A stretch of DNA of 64,000 nucleotides from Octopus vulgaris (Eukaryota). The stretch covers positions 96,038,001 through 96,102,000 of the forward strand of contig OX597818.1 in the NCBI GenBank assembly GCA_951406725.2. The letters are read 5' to 3'. Shown in pieces: positions 25,008-34,587 of the stretch. The translations under genes were made by a program, and so were the position numbers. Numbering within the stretch: the first letter of the stretch is position 1; each line of letters starts with the position of its first letter. The notes below the pieces were generated by a model that saw only the letters and a list, made by a program, of their open reading frames with translations, made no database searches and had not been told where the DNA came from.

Positions 25008-26121
25008 GGAATTCTTTCGATATAACTCGACAAAATCAAAACATTTTACTTCGGGTATTTCCGTGGAAGCAAATGACAGTTCAATTCTGTTTTCTGCTTG
25101 GAAATTTGCTGATTTTACATACACACATAATTTCGTGGCGAAGTTTCGCATGTCGTAGCGCAGATTTCCGTCGATTTCCGTAAAAAACTTTTATTTTTTT
25201 ACATAAGTAATGAGAGCGAAAGAGACTAAGAGGAAGCGATTTTATGACGAGAAGGTTTCACTTTGAAATCGGCCTGTGTGTGTTTGATGGGGTGTGGGAG
25301 ACAGACAGTATGTTGTGTAAGTGAAGTGCTTCTGTTAGTGTGTGCGAAGAGACAGAGAGAGTAATGTGTGAAAGAGAGAGATAACTGATTTTTTACTCGG
25401 TGTATGTGTATATGTATGTATGCATGTATGTGTATATGTATGTATGCATGTATCTATGTATGTGTGTGTGTGTAAGTATGTGTGTGTGTATGTATGTATG
25501 GCCGATTCATCGTAATTTTTTACTCGGTGTATGTGTATATGTATGTCTGCATGTATGTGTGTGTGTGTATGTATCTATGTATGTGTATGTATGTATGTGT
25601 GTATGTATGTATGGTCGATTCAGTAATTTTTTACTCGATGTATGTGTATATGTATGTCTGCATGTATGTGTGTGTGTGTATGTATCTATGTGTGTGTGTG
25701 TGTGTGTGTAAGTATGTGTGTGTGTATGTATGTATGTATGTGTGTGTGTATGTATCTATGTATGTGTGTGTGTGTATGTATGTATGTATGTACTCGGTGT
25801 ATGTGTATATGTATGTCTGTCTCTTCGCACACACTAACAGAAGCACTTCACTTACACAACATACTGTCTGTCTCCCACACCCCATCAAACACACACAGGC
25901 CGACTTCAAAGTGAAACCTTCTCGTCGTAAAATCGCTTCCTCTTAGTCTCTTTCGCTCTCATTACTTATGTAAAAAAATAAAAGTTTTTTACGGAAATCG
26001 ACGGAAATCTGTGCTACTACAACCGAAACTATGCCAATTTCGTTATATCTATACTCCACAACCCACAGAAATACCCGAAATGAAATGTTTTTATTTTGTC
26101 GAGTTATATCGAAAGAATGCC
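25008..26121. mobile_element. Foldback/MULE-like non-autonomous element with long TIRs
   Basis: Ends GGAATTCTTTCG / CGAAAGAATGCC; flanks cagtaagt / cagcaagt (8-bp TSD, 1 mismatch); inner arms 25155-25355 and 25816-26017 are near-perfect inverted copies; microsatellite-rich centre. Confidence 0.85.
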
Positions 26122-26556
26122 CAGCAAGTTGATCAAGAACTGAGAAATCAGAGACGATATTTTCTTCCGTTTAATAATACCCAAAACATCAACATTACCT
26201 AGCTAACTGATCTAAGGGGAATAACTCAATAGCTTAGACAACTTATACCCCTACATGCCTCACTGCACACGACAGGAATGTCTAAAATGGTTGCTTTAAA
26301 GACTGTTCGTATGTGTTTTGGTCATGAGGAACTTTTGGTTTGCCCGACACTGAGAAGATAAGATGTAAAAACACCCTTTATCATCTGCGAACATTTTTAC
26401 TCCATGATAAACTGTAGTGAAACTTCGTTTAGAAGTTAAAATTTGTTATAAACATATTCGAACTAATCTAAAGCTCGTTTACTTCTCCACAGGGCTTAGC
26501 GCTGTTACTACCATATTTGTTCTTCCTGTCAGTCACTAATATTAGTTTCAAATTTT

Positions 26557-26757
26557 GGCACAAGGCCAGCAATTTCGGGGGAAGGGTAAGTCGATTATAT
26601 CGATCTTCAGTGTATCACTGGCACTTAATTTATCGACCCAGAGAGGATGAAAGACAAAGTCAACCTCGGCGGAATTTGAACTCTGAACGTAAGAATGAAC
26701 GAAATGCTGCTATGCATTTTGCCTGGAATATTAATGATTCCACCAGCTCACCACCTT
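26557..26757 (-). mobile_element. SINE with a Nin-like central domain
   Basis: Minus strand gagttcaaattccgccgaggttgactttgtctttcatcctctctgggtcgataaattaagtgccag; other copies near 57010, 58803 and 61615-61950. Confidence 0.7.
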
Positions 26758-27024
26758 AAATCAGTCACCAATATTGACTGTTTCAGTGTAAAAGTATAAC
26801 CTTCTAATCTACTTAGGGTTGTCTCATTTCGAAATCTCTTACCGAGCAAGGCTAATGTGCCAGAAATGGGTCTAGCAGTCAAATATATACTACAAGTAAA
26901 AATTCTTTCTCCATAATAAACTTCAGTGAAATTGCCTTTGGAAGTTAAAATGTCACAAACATATTTGAACTCACCTAAATTTAGTTTATTTTTCACGCAC
27001 ACGCTCACACACATACATAACTGC

Positions 27025-27520
27025 TGTGTGGTTGGATGATTAAGACGTTTACTTTCCAGCCACATGATTTCAGGTTTGGTCCCACTGCATAGCATTTTGG
27101 GTAACTGCCTCCAACTATAGTCTTGGGCTGACGAAAGCCTTGGGAGTGATTTTTGAAGATGGAAATTAAAAGATGCCCACCACATGGTTCCGGGTTCAGT
27201 CCCACTGCATGGTACCTTGAGCAAGTGTCTTCTACTATAGCCTCGGGCCAATCAAAGACTTGTTAGTAGATTTGGTAGACGGAAACTGAAAGAAGCCTGT
27301 CGTATGTATATGTTTGTGTGTCTGTATTTGTCCCCACCACCGTTGCTTGACAACCAATATTGGTGTGTTTATGTCCCTGTAACTTAGTGTTTCGGCAAAA
27401 GAGACCGATAGAATAAGAACTAGGCTTACAAAGAATAAGTCGTGGGGTCGATTTGTTCGACTAAAGGCAGTGTTCCAGCATGGACACAGTCAAATGACTG
27501 AAACAAAAGAATAAAAGAAG
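27025..27520 (+). mobile_element. tRNA-derived SINE (OR2-like) preceded by a second head fragment
   Basis: Colinear with 42835-43229. Confidence 0.8.
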
Positions 27521-28335
27521 ATATATATGTATAATTTCAAGAGTGAGGTTGTGAATCCAACCAACTAAGGGATAATATCTATCCAATATACTGCTGGTAG
27601 AATACCCAATTATTAATACACAAGTGTTTTTATTGCATTACAATTACATTACTGAGTGTACTAAATGGGTGAGGGTAAAGAGATATTTTACCATTAATTT
27701 AAAATTTCCACTTATTTCTTTTTTACTTTTCTAAAATTTTCGTTGTGTCTTGCAAGCTTTTCAATAGTTTTGATTCTGTCCTTTACTCACACTGCATTCC
27801 TTTTTGTTTGTTTGTGCGCATGTGTGTGGGTCAGTGTGTGTGTGTGCCTATACATGATTGCATGTATGTATGCATGTATATATGTGTGTGTGCATATGTA
27901 TCTATGTGTGTACATTTGTATGTATGTATTCTGCATATTCATGTGTTTGCATGTCCATGATTATGTGTTTTTTGTATGTGTGTGTGTGTGTTTGTATATG
28001 TGTGTGTGTACCTCTGTCTCCTTGTGTGTGCATGTCTGAGTGCGCGTGTGTATGTGTGTTTTGCAACTCTGTACCGTGTTTGTATGTAAGAATATGCATC
28101 TTCATATGTGTGGACATGTGTCTCCATATGTGTCCTTGTGTGAAGTAAAGTGTGTGTGTATATATGGTCAAGTGTTTCAGTCTTCATTTGCTTCTGTGTG
28201 CTTGTTTGTTCATATAACCTATGTAACTATCCATCTGTATGTTGATCTTTTTAGTTTCATATCCATATGCTTACATACATATGCATATACATATATATAT
28301 TCATACACACACACACCCATCCACACACATCTATC

Positions 28336-28368
<33 letters not shown>

Positions 28369-28380
<12 letters not shown>

Positions 28381-28469
28381 GAAGGTTTGAAAATGCAATT
28401 TCAAAGATGTTTATTCACAAGTGAATAAACATCTTTAAATTGCATTTTCAAACCTTCTTTCATATATAT
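28369..28469. repeat. Near-perfect palindrome (about 50-bp arms, 2-nt loop)
   Basis: tgaaagaaggtttgaaaatgcaattt(c)aaagatgtttattcac-AA-gtgaataaacatctttaaattgcattttcaaaccttctttca. Confidence 0.95.
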
Positions 28470-28559
28470 TTCCACTCGTGCAGTATCTTACAACTTTACT
28501 TTATTATATATATATATATACATACATACACCCCCCCCCCGCACACATACATACATCTA

Positions 28560-28835
28560 TCTACATAATAGCCCACTAACTATTCTACACTACCTGTGTA
28601 AACTGTGTGTATGGGGGTATGATAACTACTAACTATATTTCCTATTTAGTATAGGGGAAGTTTCATTTATGAAGATGTACTTCTGTATTTGTCTGAGTTT
28701 TGAATAAGATGCAGATGTCAAGTTGACCCAGGTTACCTCCATGTTGGTAGAGTATGGAGGACTGTTTTTTGTTGTCATATTGTCTCAAATGTTCATTTAG
28801 TTGTGCCGCAATGCTCCTAAATGTCTTCCTATATA
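28560..28835 (-). mobile_element. Penelope-like GIY-YIG endonuclease remnant
   Basis: VYRKTFRSIAAQLNEH...SILYQH resembles the YIGxTxRxxxxRxxEH...SxxxxH pattern of PLE endonucleases. Confidence 0.45.
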
Positions 28836-28919
28836 CATGTATATACATATGTATGTATAGTTGAGGAGTGTTCTGTTAAGAATTTACAAGAGTACAAATA
28901 GAGCTTGTTCACCCTTAGA

Positions 28920-28979
28920 ATTATATATATGTACATATATATATGTGTATGTATGTATGTATGTATGTATGTATGTATG

Positions 28980-29026
<47 letters not shown>

Positions 29027-29552
29027 GTTTGTATATATATATATGTATATATGTTTGTATATATATATATGTATATATGTTTGTATATATATGTATGTAT
29101 ATATGTTTGTATATATATGTATGTATATATGTTTGTATATATATGTATGTATATATGTTTGTATATATATATATGTATATATGTTTGTATATATATATAT
29201 GTATATATGTTTGTATATATATATATGTATATATGTTTGTATATATATATATGTATATATGTTTGTATATATATGTATGTATATATGTTTGTATATATAT
29301 GTATGTATATATGTTTGTATATATATGTATGTATATATGTTTGTATATATATATGTATGTATATATGTTTGTATATATATGTATGTATATATGTTTGTAT
29401 ATGTATGTATGTATATATGTTTGTATATATATGTATGTATATATAAGTTTGTATATATATGTTTGTATATATATGTATGTATATATAAGTTTGTATATAT
29501 ATGTATGTATATATATGTTTGTATATATATATATGTATGTATATATATATGT
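28920..29552. repeat. Compound TA/TATG microsatellite with 26-bp periodicity
   Basis: GTTT recurs every 26 bp (e.g. 29027, 29053) over about 500 bp. Confidence 0.92.
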
Positions 29553-29795
29553 ATGTTGCCCAGAAGAAGACCAGCTTGGAGGAGAAGGGTCTGGAAGCTT
29601 AAAGATCCTGCAAATGGACAGAGATTTAGAGACATACTACTCGAAGCCTTTGACGAAATAGAAGGGGATATAGCTTCACTTAATGTGGAAGACAACTGAA
29701 GATTTCTACGGGACAATCTGCTGACAGCCAGTGACCAGATCTGTGGATGGAGCAAAGTACCATCTCGACCCAGAGTAACATGGTGGTGGAACACT

Positions 29796-31838
29796 GTGGT
29801 TGACAGGGCTATTAGACAAAAGAGACAGGCTTGGAAGGACTGGAAGAACGGTGGTAGCAGGGAATTGTATCAGACAGCCAGAAGGGAAGCTAGGAGACAG
29901 GTTTATTTAGCCAGAGGGGAAGCGGATAAGAAAAAATTTGCCAATGTTCTGAGCCGTGAGGATGAAAGACTTGAGGTATTTCGTGTTGCAAGACAGTGTG
30001 TGAGAGAGAATCGTGATGTGGTAGGAGAGAAGTGTGTTCGCATGGATGATGGTTCACTTGCGCTAAATGAGGATGTAAAGAGAGAGGTTTGGAGATGCCA
30101 CTATGAAAGGTTGCTGAATAAAGAAAATGAATGGGATAAAGAGAGTCTGCCGAATGCTGACCCAACAGAGGGACCAGCTATCCGAGTTGATAGTTCCATG
30201 GTAGCTAAGGCAATTAGAAGCATGAAGACAGGGAAAGCCCCAGGCCCATCAGGAATTACTGCAGAGATGCTCAAAATATCTGGCAGTGTCGGCTATAACC
30301 TAGTCACCCGTATAGTCAACCAGGTGATACATGAAGGAGTCATACCCAATGACTGGTGTAGCAGCATACTAGTCAACTGCTACAAAGGTAAAAGTGATGC
30401 CCTAGATACAAATAATTACAGAGGTATCAAGCTGTTGGATCAGGTAATGAAGGTTACGGAGAGGGTCATAGCCCAACTAATTAGAGAGAGAGTTAGTTTA
30501 GATAAGATGCAGTTTGGGTTCGTGCCAGGGAAAAGCACCACTGATGCTATATTCCTGGTAAGGCAGCTGCAGGAGAAATACCTAGCCAAAGATAAGCCCC
30601 TGTACCTGGCTTTTGTTGACATGGAGAAAGCCTTTGATAGAGTCCCCCGATCCCTCATCTGGTGGTCAATGAGGAAACTAGGGATAGATGAATGGCTGGT
30701 GAGAGCTGTGCAAGCCATGTACAGAGATGCCGTAAGTAAGGTTAGGGTTGGCAACATGTACACAGAAGATTTCAAAGTAGAGGTTGGGGTCCACCAGGGT
30801 TCAGTACTCAGCCCCCTCCTATTTATCATAGTCCTCCAGGCAATTGTGGAGGAATTCAAGACAGGTTGCCCCTGGGAGCTCCTCTATGCTGACGACCTCG
30901 CTCTAATTGTTGAGTCACTATCAGAACTGGAGGAGAAGTTCCAGGTGTGGAAGGAGGGTTTAGAATCGAGGGGCCTTAGGGTCAACCTAGCTAAAACCAA
31001 AGTACTAATAAGTAGAAAGGTAGACAATCCACAAATGTCCTCAGGAAGATGGCCCTGCTCGATCTGTAGAAAAGGTGTAGGTAGGAACTCTATAAGATGT
31101 ACCCAGTGTAAGCTATGGACACATAAGAGGTGCAGCAATGTCAAAGGTAGGCTAACTGGGAAGATAGTTTTTGTATGTGGCAGATGCTCAGGAGCATTGA
31201 CCTCCGAAAATCTGCAAAAAACAACCTCCGTCACTTTCCAGGGGGAAAAACTAGAAGTAGTTGATAGCTTCCGTTATCTAGGTGACCAAGTCAGTAGTGG
31301 GGGTGGGTGCGATGAGAGTGTAACTGCTAGAATAAGAATAGCCTGGGCAAAGTTTAGGGAGCTCTTACCTCTGCTGGTGACTAAAGGCCTCTTGCTCAGA
31401 GTAAAAGGCAGACTATATGATGCATGTGTACGAACTGCCATGCTACATGGCAGTGAAACATGGGCCGTGACTGCTGAGGACATGCGTAAGCTCATGAGGA
31501 ATGAAGCCAGTATGCTCCGATGGATGTGTAATGTCAGTGTACTTACTCGACAGAGCGTTAGTTCCTTGAGAGAAATGTTGTACCTAAGAAGCATCAGTTG
31601 TGGTGTGCAAGAGAGACGATTGCGCTGGTATGGTCATGTGGCGAGAATGGATGAAGATCGGTGTGTGAGAAAGTGCCAATCCCTAGCAGTTGAGGGAACC
31701 CGTGGAAGAGGTAGACCCAGGAAAACCTGGGACGAGGTGGTGAAGCACGACCTTCGAATGTTAGGTCTCACCATGGAAATGACTAGAGACCGAGACCTAT
31801 GGAAGTATGCTGTGCGTGAGAAGACCCGACAAGACTAG
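29796..31838 (+). CDS. RTE reverse transcriptase ORF (680 aa, uninterrupted) with embedded PHD finger
   Basis: ORF track; YADD at 30885-30896; C4HC3 finger at 31056-31187. Confidence 0.85.
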   Translation: MVDRAIRQKRQAWKDWKNGGSRELYQTARREARRQVYLARGEADKKKFANVLSREDERLEVFRVARQCVRENRDVVGEKCVRMDDGSLALNEDVKREVWRCHYERLLNKENEWDKESLPNADPTEGPAIRVDSSMVAKAIRSMKTGKAPGPSGITAEMLKISGSVGYNLVTRIVNQVIHEGVIPNDWCSSILVNCYKGKSDALDTNNYRGIKLLDQVMKVTERVIAQLIRERVSLDKMQFGFVPGKSTTDAIFLVRQLQEKYLAKDKPLYLAFVDMEKAFDRVPRSLIWWSMRKLGIDEWLVRAVQAMYRDAVSKVRVGNMYTEDFKVEVGVHQGSVLSPLLFIIVLQAIVEEFKTGCPWELLYADDLALIVESLSELEEKFQVWKEGLESRGLRVNLAKTKVLISRKVDNPQMSSGRWPCSICRKGVGRNSIRCTQCKLWTHKRCSNVKGRLTGKIVFVCGRCSGALTSENLQKTTSVTFQGEKLEVVDSFRYLGDQVSSGGGCDESVTARIRIAWAKFRELLPLLVTKGLLLRVKGRLYDACVRTAMLHGSETWAVTAEDMRKLMRNEASMLRWMCNVSVLTRQSVSSLREMLYLRSISCGVQERRLRWYGHVARMDEDRCVRKCQSLAVEGTRGRGRPRKTWDEVVKHDLRMLGLTMEMTRDRDLWKYAVREKTRQD

Positions 31839-31995
31839 TGAAGCCATAACCCGTGGCCCCTACCTGGGACGTAGTCAGTCCACCTGTGCATACCTTCCTT
31901 CTTGTGACACTTGTGAAGACCTGTTGAGGCAAGTGAAAATCAAATCAAATCAAACCAAATCAAAATAGATGAACATCAATGGAATTTGTATCCTT

Positions 31996-32326
31996 GTGGC
32001 ACATAAGAAAACCATCCGAATGTGGCCGTAGCCAGTACCGCATCAACTGGCCTCTGTGCTGTGGGCACGTAACAAACACCATCCGATCGTGGCCGTCTGC
32101 CAGCCTCATCTGGCACCTGTGTCGGTGGCACATAAAAAACACCATCCGAGCGTGGCCGTCTGCCAGCCTCGTCTGGCACCTGTGTCGGTGGCACATAAAA
32201 AACACCATCCTAGCGTGGCCGTCTGCCAGCCTCGTCTGGCACCTGTGTCGGTGGCACATAAAAAACACCATCCGAGCGTGGCCGTCTGCCAGCCTTGTCT
32301 GGCACCTGTGTCGGTGGCACATAAAA
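31996..32326. repeat. 63-bp tandem array (about 5 units) in the RTE 3' UTR
   Basis: Equivalent positions at 32000, 32066, 32129, 32192, 32255 and 32318. Confidence 0.95.
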
Positions 32327-32485
32327 TCACCCACTACACTCTCGGAGTGGTTGGCGTTAGGAAGGGCATCCAGCTGTAGAAACACTGCCAGATCTGACTG
32401 GCCTGGTGCAGCCTTCGGGCTTGCCAGACCCCAGTTGAACCGTCCAACCCATGCTAGCATGGAAAGCGGACGTTAAACGATGATG

Positions 32486-32651
32486 TATCTGTAAGTATAT
32501 ATATATATATATGTATACAAGTATCTCATTATGCCCATATATATGTATATGTATGTATATATATATGTATATATATAAATACATACATATATAAATACAC
32601 ACACACACACATATATATATTTATGTATGTATGTATATATATATATGTATG

Positions 32652-32731
<80 letters not shown>

Positions 32732-32738
32732 TATGTAT

Positions 32739-32779
<41 letters not shown>

Positions 32780-33009
32780 TATGTATATATATATATGTAT
32801 GTATAGATATGTATGTATATATATATATGTATATATATATATGTATATATATATATGTATGTATATATATATATGTATATATATATGTATGTATATATAT
32901 ATATGTATATATATATATATGTATATATATATATGTATATATATATATGTATGTACATATATATATGTATATATATATATGTATGTAAGTATATATATAT
33001 GTATGTAAG

Positions 33010-33041
<32 letters not shown>

Positions 33042-33043
33042 AG

Positions 33044-33075
<32 letters not shown>

Positions 33076-33080
33076 AGTAT

Positions 33081-33113
<33 letters not shown>

Positions 33114-33118
33114 AGTAT

Positions 33119-33151
<33 letters not shown>

Positions 33152-33172
33152 AGTATATATATGTATGTAAGT

Positions 33173-33205
<33 letters not shown>

Positions 33206-33246
33206 AGTATATATATATATGTATGTATATATATATGTATGTAAGT

Positions 33247-33279
<33 letters not shown>

Positions 33280-33282
33280 AGT

Positions 33283-33315
<33 letters not shown>

Positions 33316-33396
33316 AGTATATATATGTATGTATATATATGTATGTAAGTATATATATATATATGTATATATATGTATGTAAGTATACATATATAT
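32486..33396. repeat. TA/TATG/TAAG compound microsatellite
   Basis: Directly visible. Confidence 0.95.
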
Positions 33397-34348
33397 AACG
33401 GGAAGCTTTATGAAAATAGACAAAAGACGAAGGCAGGTGGAAAACAAACAAACAATTGTATTAGTATGGCGCTCAGGAAATATAAATAAAACAAGTCTTT
33501 AACGTTTCGAGCCTACGCTCTTCAACAGAAAGATACACAGAGAGAAAAAAACACAGAAAGAAGGAGAGAAAAAAATGCGTGCAGTAACTAACGAACCAAC
33601 ATGGCGATCTGATTTCGGCCAGAAGTCAAAGATCAAACATGAGATGCGAGAGCGAAATTAGGGGAGATAATAGGGTTGAGTGACCAGCTCCAACATAAGG
33701 GTGTGTGTGTGTGTGTGTGTGTATGAGAGAGTATTAGTGCGTATGAGAGGTCTGGACGTGTGTATGTATAGGGTTGGTGTATGTATTAGTATGTATTAGT
33801 ATGTATTAGTACGTATTAGTATGTATAAGGGTGTGTGTGTGTGTGTGTGTATGAGAGAGTATGAGAGGTCTGGACGTGTGTATGTATAGGGTTGGTGTAT
33901 GTATTAGTTGGTGTATGTATTAGTATGGCACATCATATATGATGTGATGTGTAAAGTCGTGTGGTGTAGTGTGGAGAGAGGAGAAGAGGGGGAGGGGGGA
34001 GAGAGAGGAGGGGAGAAGGAAGGGGAGGAGGAAAGAGGGAGAGGGGGAGAGAGAGAGAGAGAAGGGGAGCAGAGGGAAGGGGAAGAGGGAAGGAGGGAGG
34101 GAGAAAGAGGGAAGAAGGGAAGGGGAGTAGGGGTGAAAGGATGAAGGACTGAAGAAGTAGGGGTCGGGGGGAAGGTAGGTGAGGAGGGGAGAGAGGGGGG
34201 TTAGATGAGGAGGGGGGAGAGTTGAGACCAAATGGCGTATAAGAGCGAAGAGAAAAGATTAATTCCTGTTCACGGCGCAAACGGGAATCCGGATGGCCTC
34301 TGTGTAAGGACAAACCGAACACAGATAGGTGTTGCAAGGAGTGACCGG
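33397..34348 (-). mobile_element. Penelope-like element 3' fragment (GIY-YIG C-terminus, UTR, hammerhead)
   Basis: Minus strand encodes [13 protein letters not shown]...[21 protein letters not shown] (PLE endonuclease end); hammerhead-like core at 33496-33533. Confidence 0.8.
33496..33533 (-). ncRNA. Minimal type I hammerhead ribozyme (core variant CUGUUGA)
   Basis: Minus strand UCUUU-CUGUUGA-AGAGC-GUAG-GCUC-GAAACGUUA-AAGA, with stem I, stem II and a palindromic mini stem III. Confidence 0.65.
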
Positions 34349-34376
34349 ATGTATGTATATATATGTATGTAAGTAT

Positions 34377-34409
<33 letters not shown>

Positions 34410-34412
34410 AGT

Positions 34413-34445
<33 letters not shown>

Positions 34446-34494
34446 AGTATATATATATTTATATATGTATGTATATATATGTATGTAAGTATAT

Positions 34495-34527
<33 letters not shown>

Positions 34528-34587
34528 AGCATATATATATGTATATGTATGTATATGTATATATGTATGTATATGTATATATATATA
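34349..34587. repeat. TATG/TAAG microsatellite
   Basis: Same unit as 32980-33396. Confidence 0.9.

Larger units (their letters stand above)
29553..32485 (+). mobile_element. Young 5'-truncated RTE-clade LINE (RT + PHD finger, structured 3' UTR, (ATG)n tail)
   Basis: One reading frame 29553-31838 with a single stop (29697-29699). RT motifs NYRGIKLL, QFGFVPG, DMEKAFDRV, GVHQGSVLSP, LYADD, FRYLG and RLRWYGHV..M...GRGRPRKTW. No APE domain. Tail gttaaacgatgatg. Confidence 0.93.

Noticed and set aside
28829-29794. Long Y/I/C/V/M-rich ORFs (also 25400-25946, 27743-28424, 32473-33451, 34259-34649)
   Set aside because: Translations of TA/TG microsatellites that lack stop codons by composition
30440-31594. 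Antisense ORFs over the RTE (also 2421-2723 and 35119-35731)
   Set aside because: Shadow ORFs of RT coding sequence with no independent motifs
31996-32326. 63-bp array as a CRISPR array
   Set aside because: Units are contiguous near-identical repeats with no unique spacers, lie in a LINE 3' UTR, and no cas genes are present
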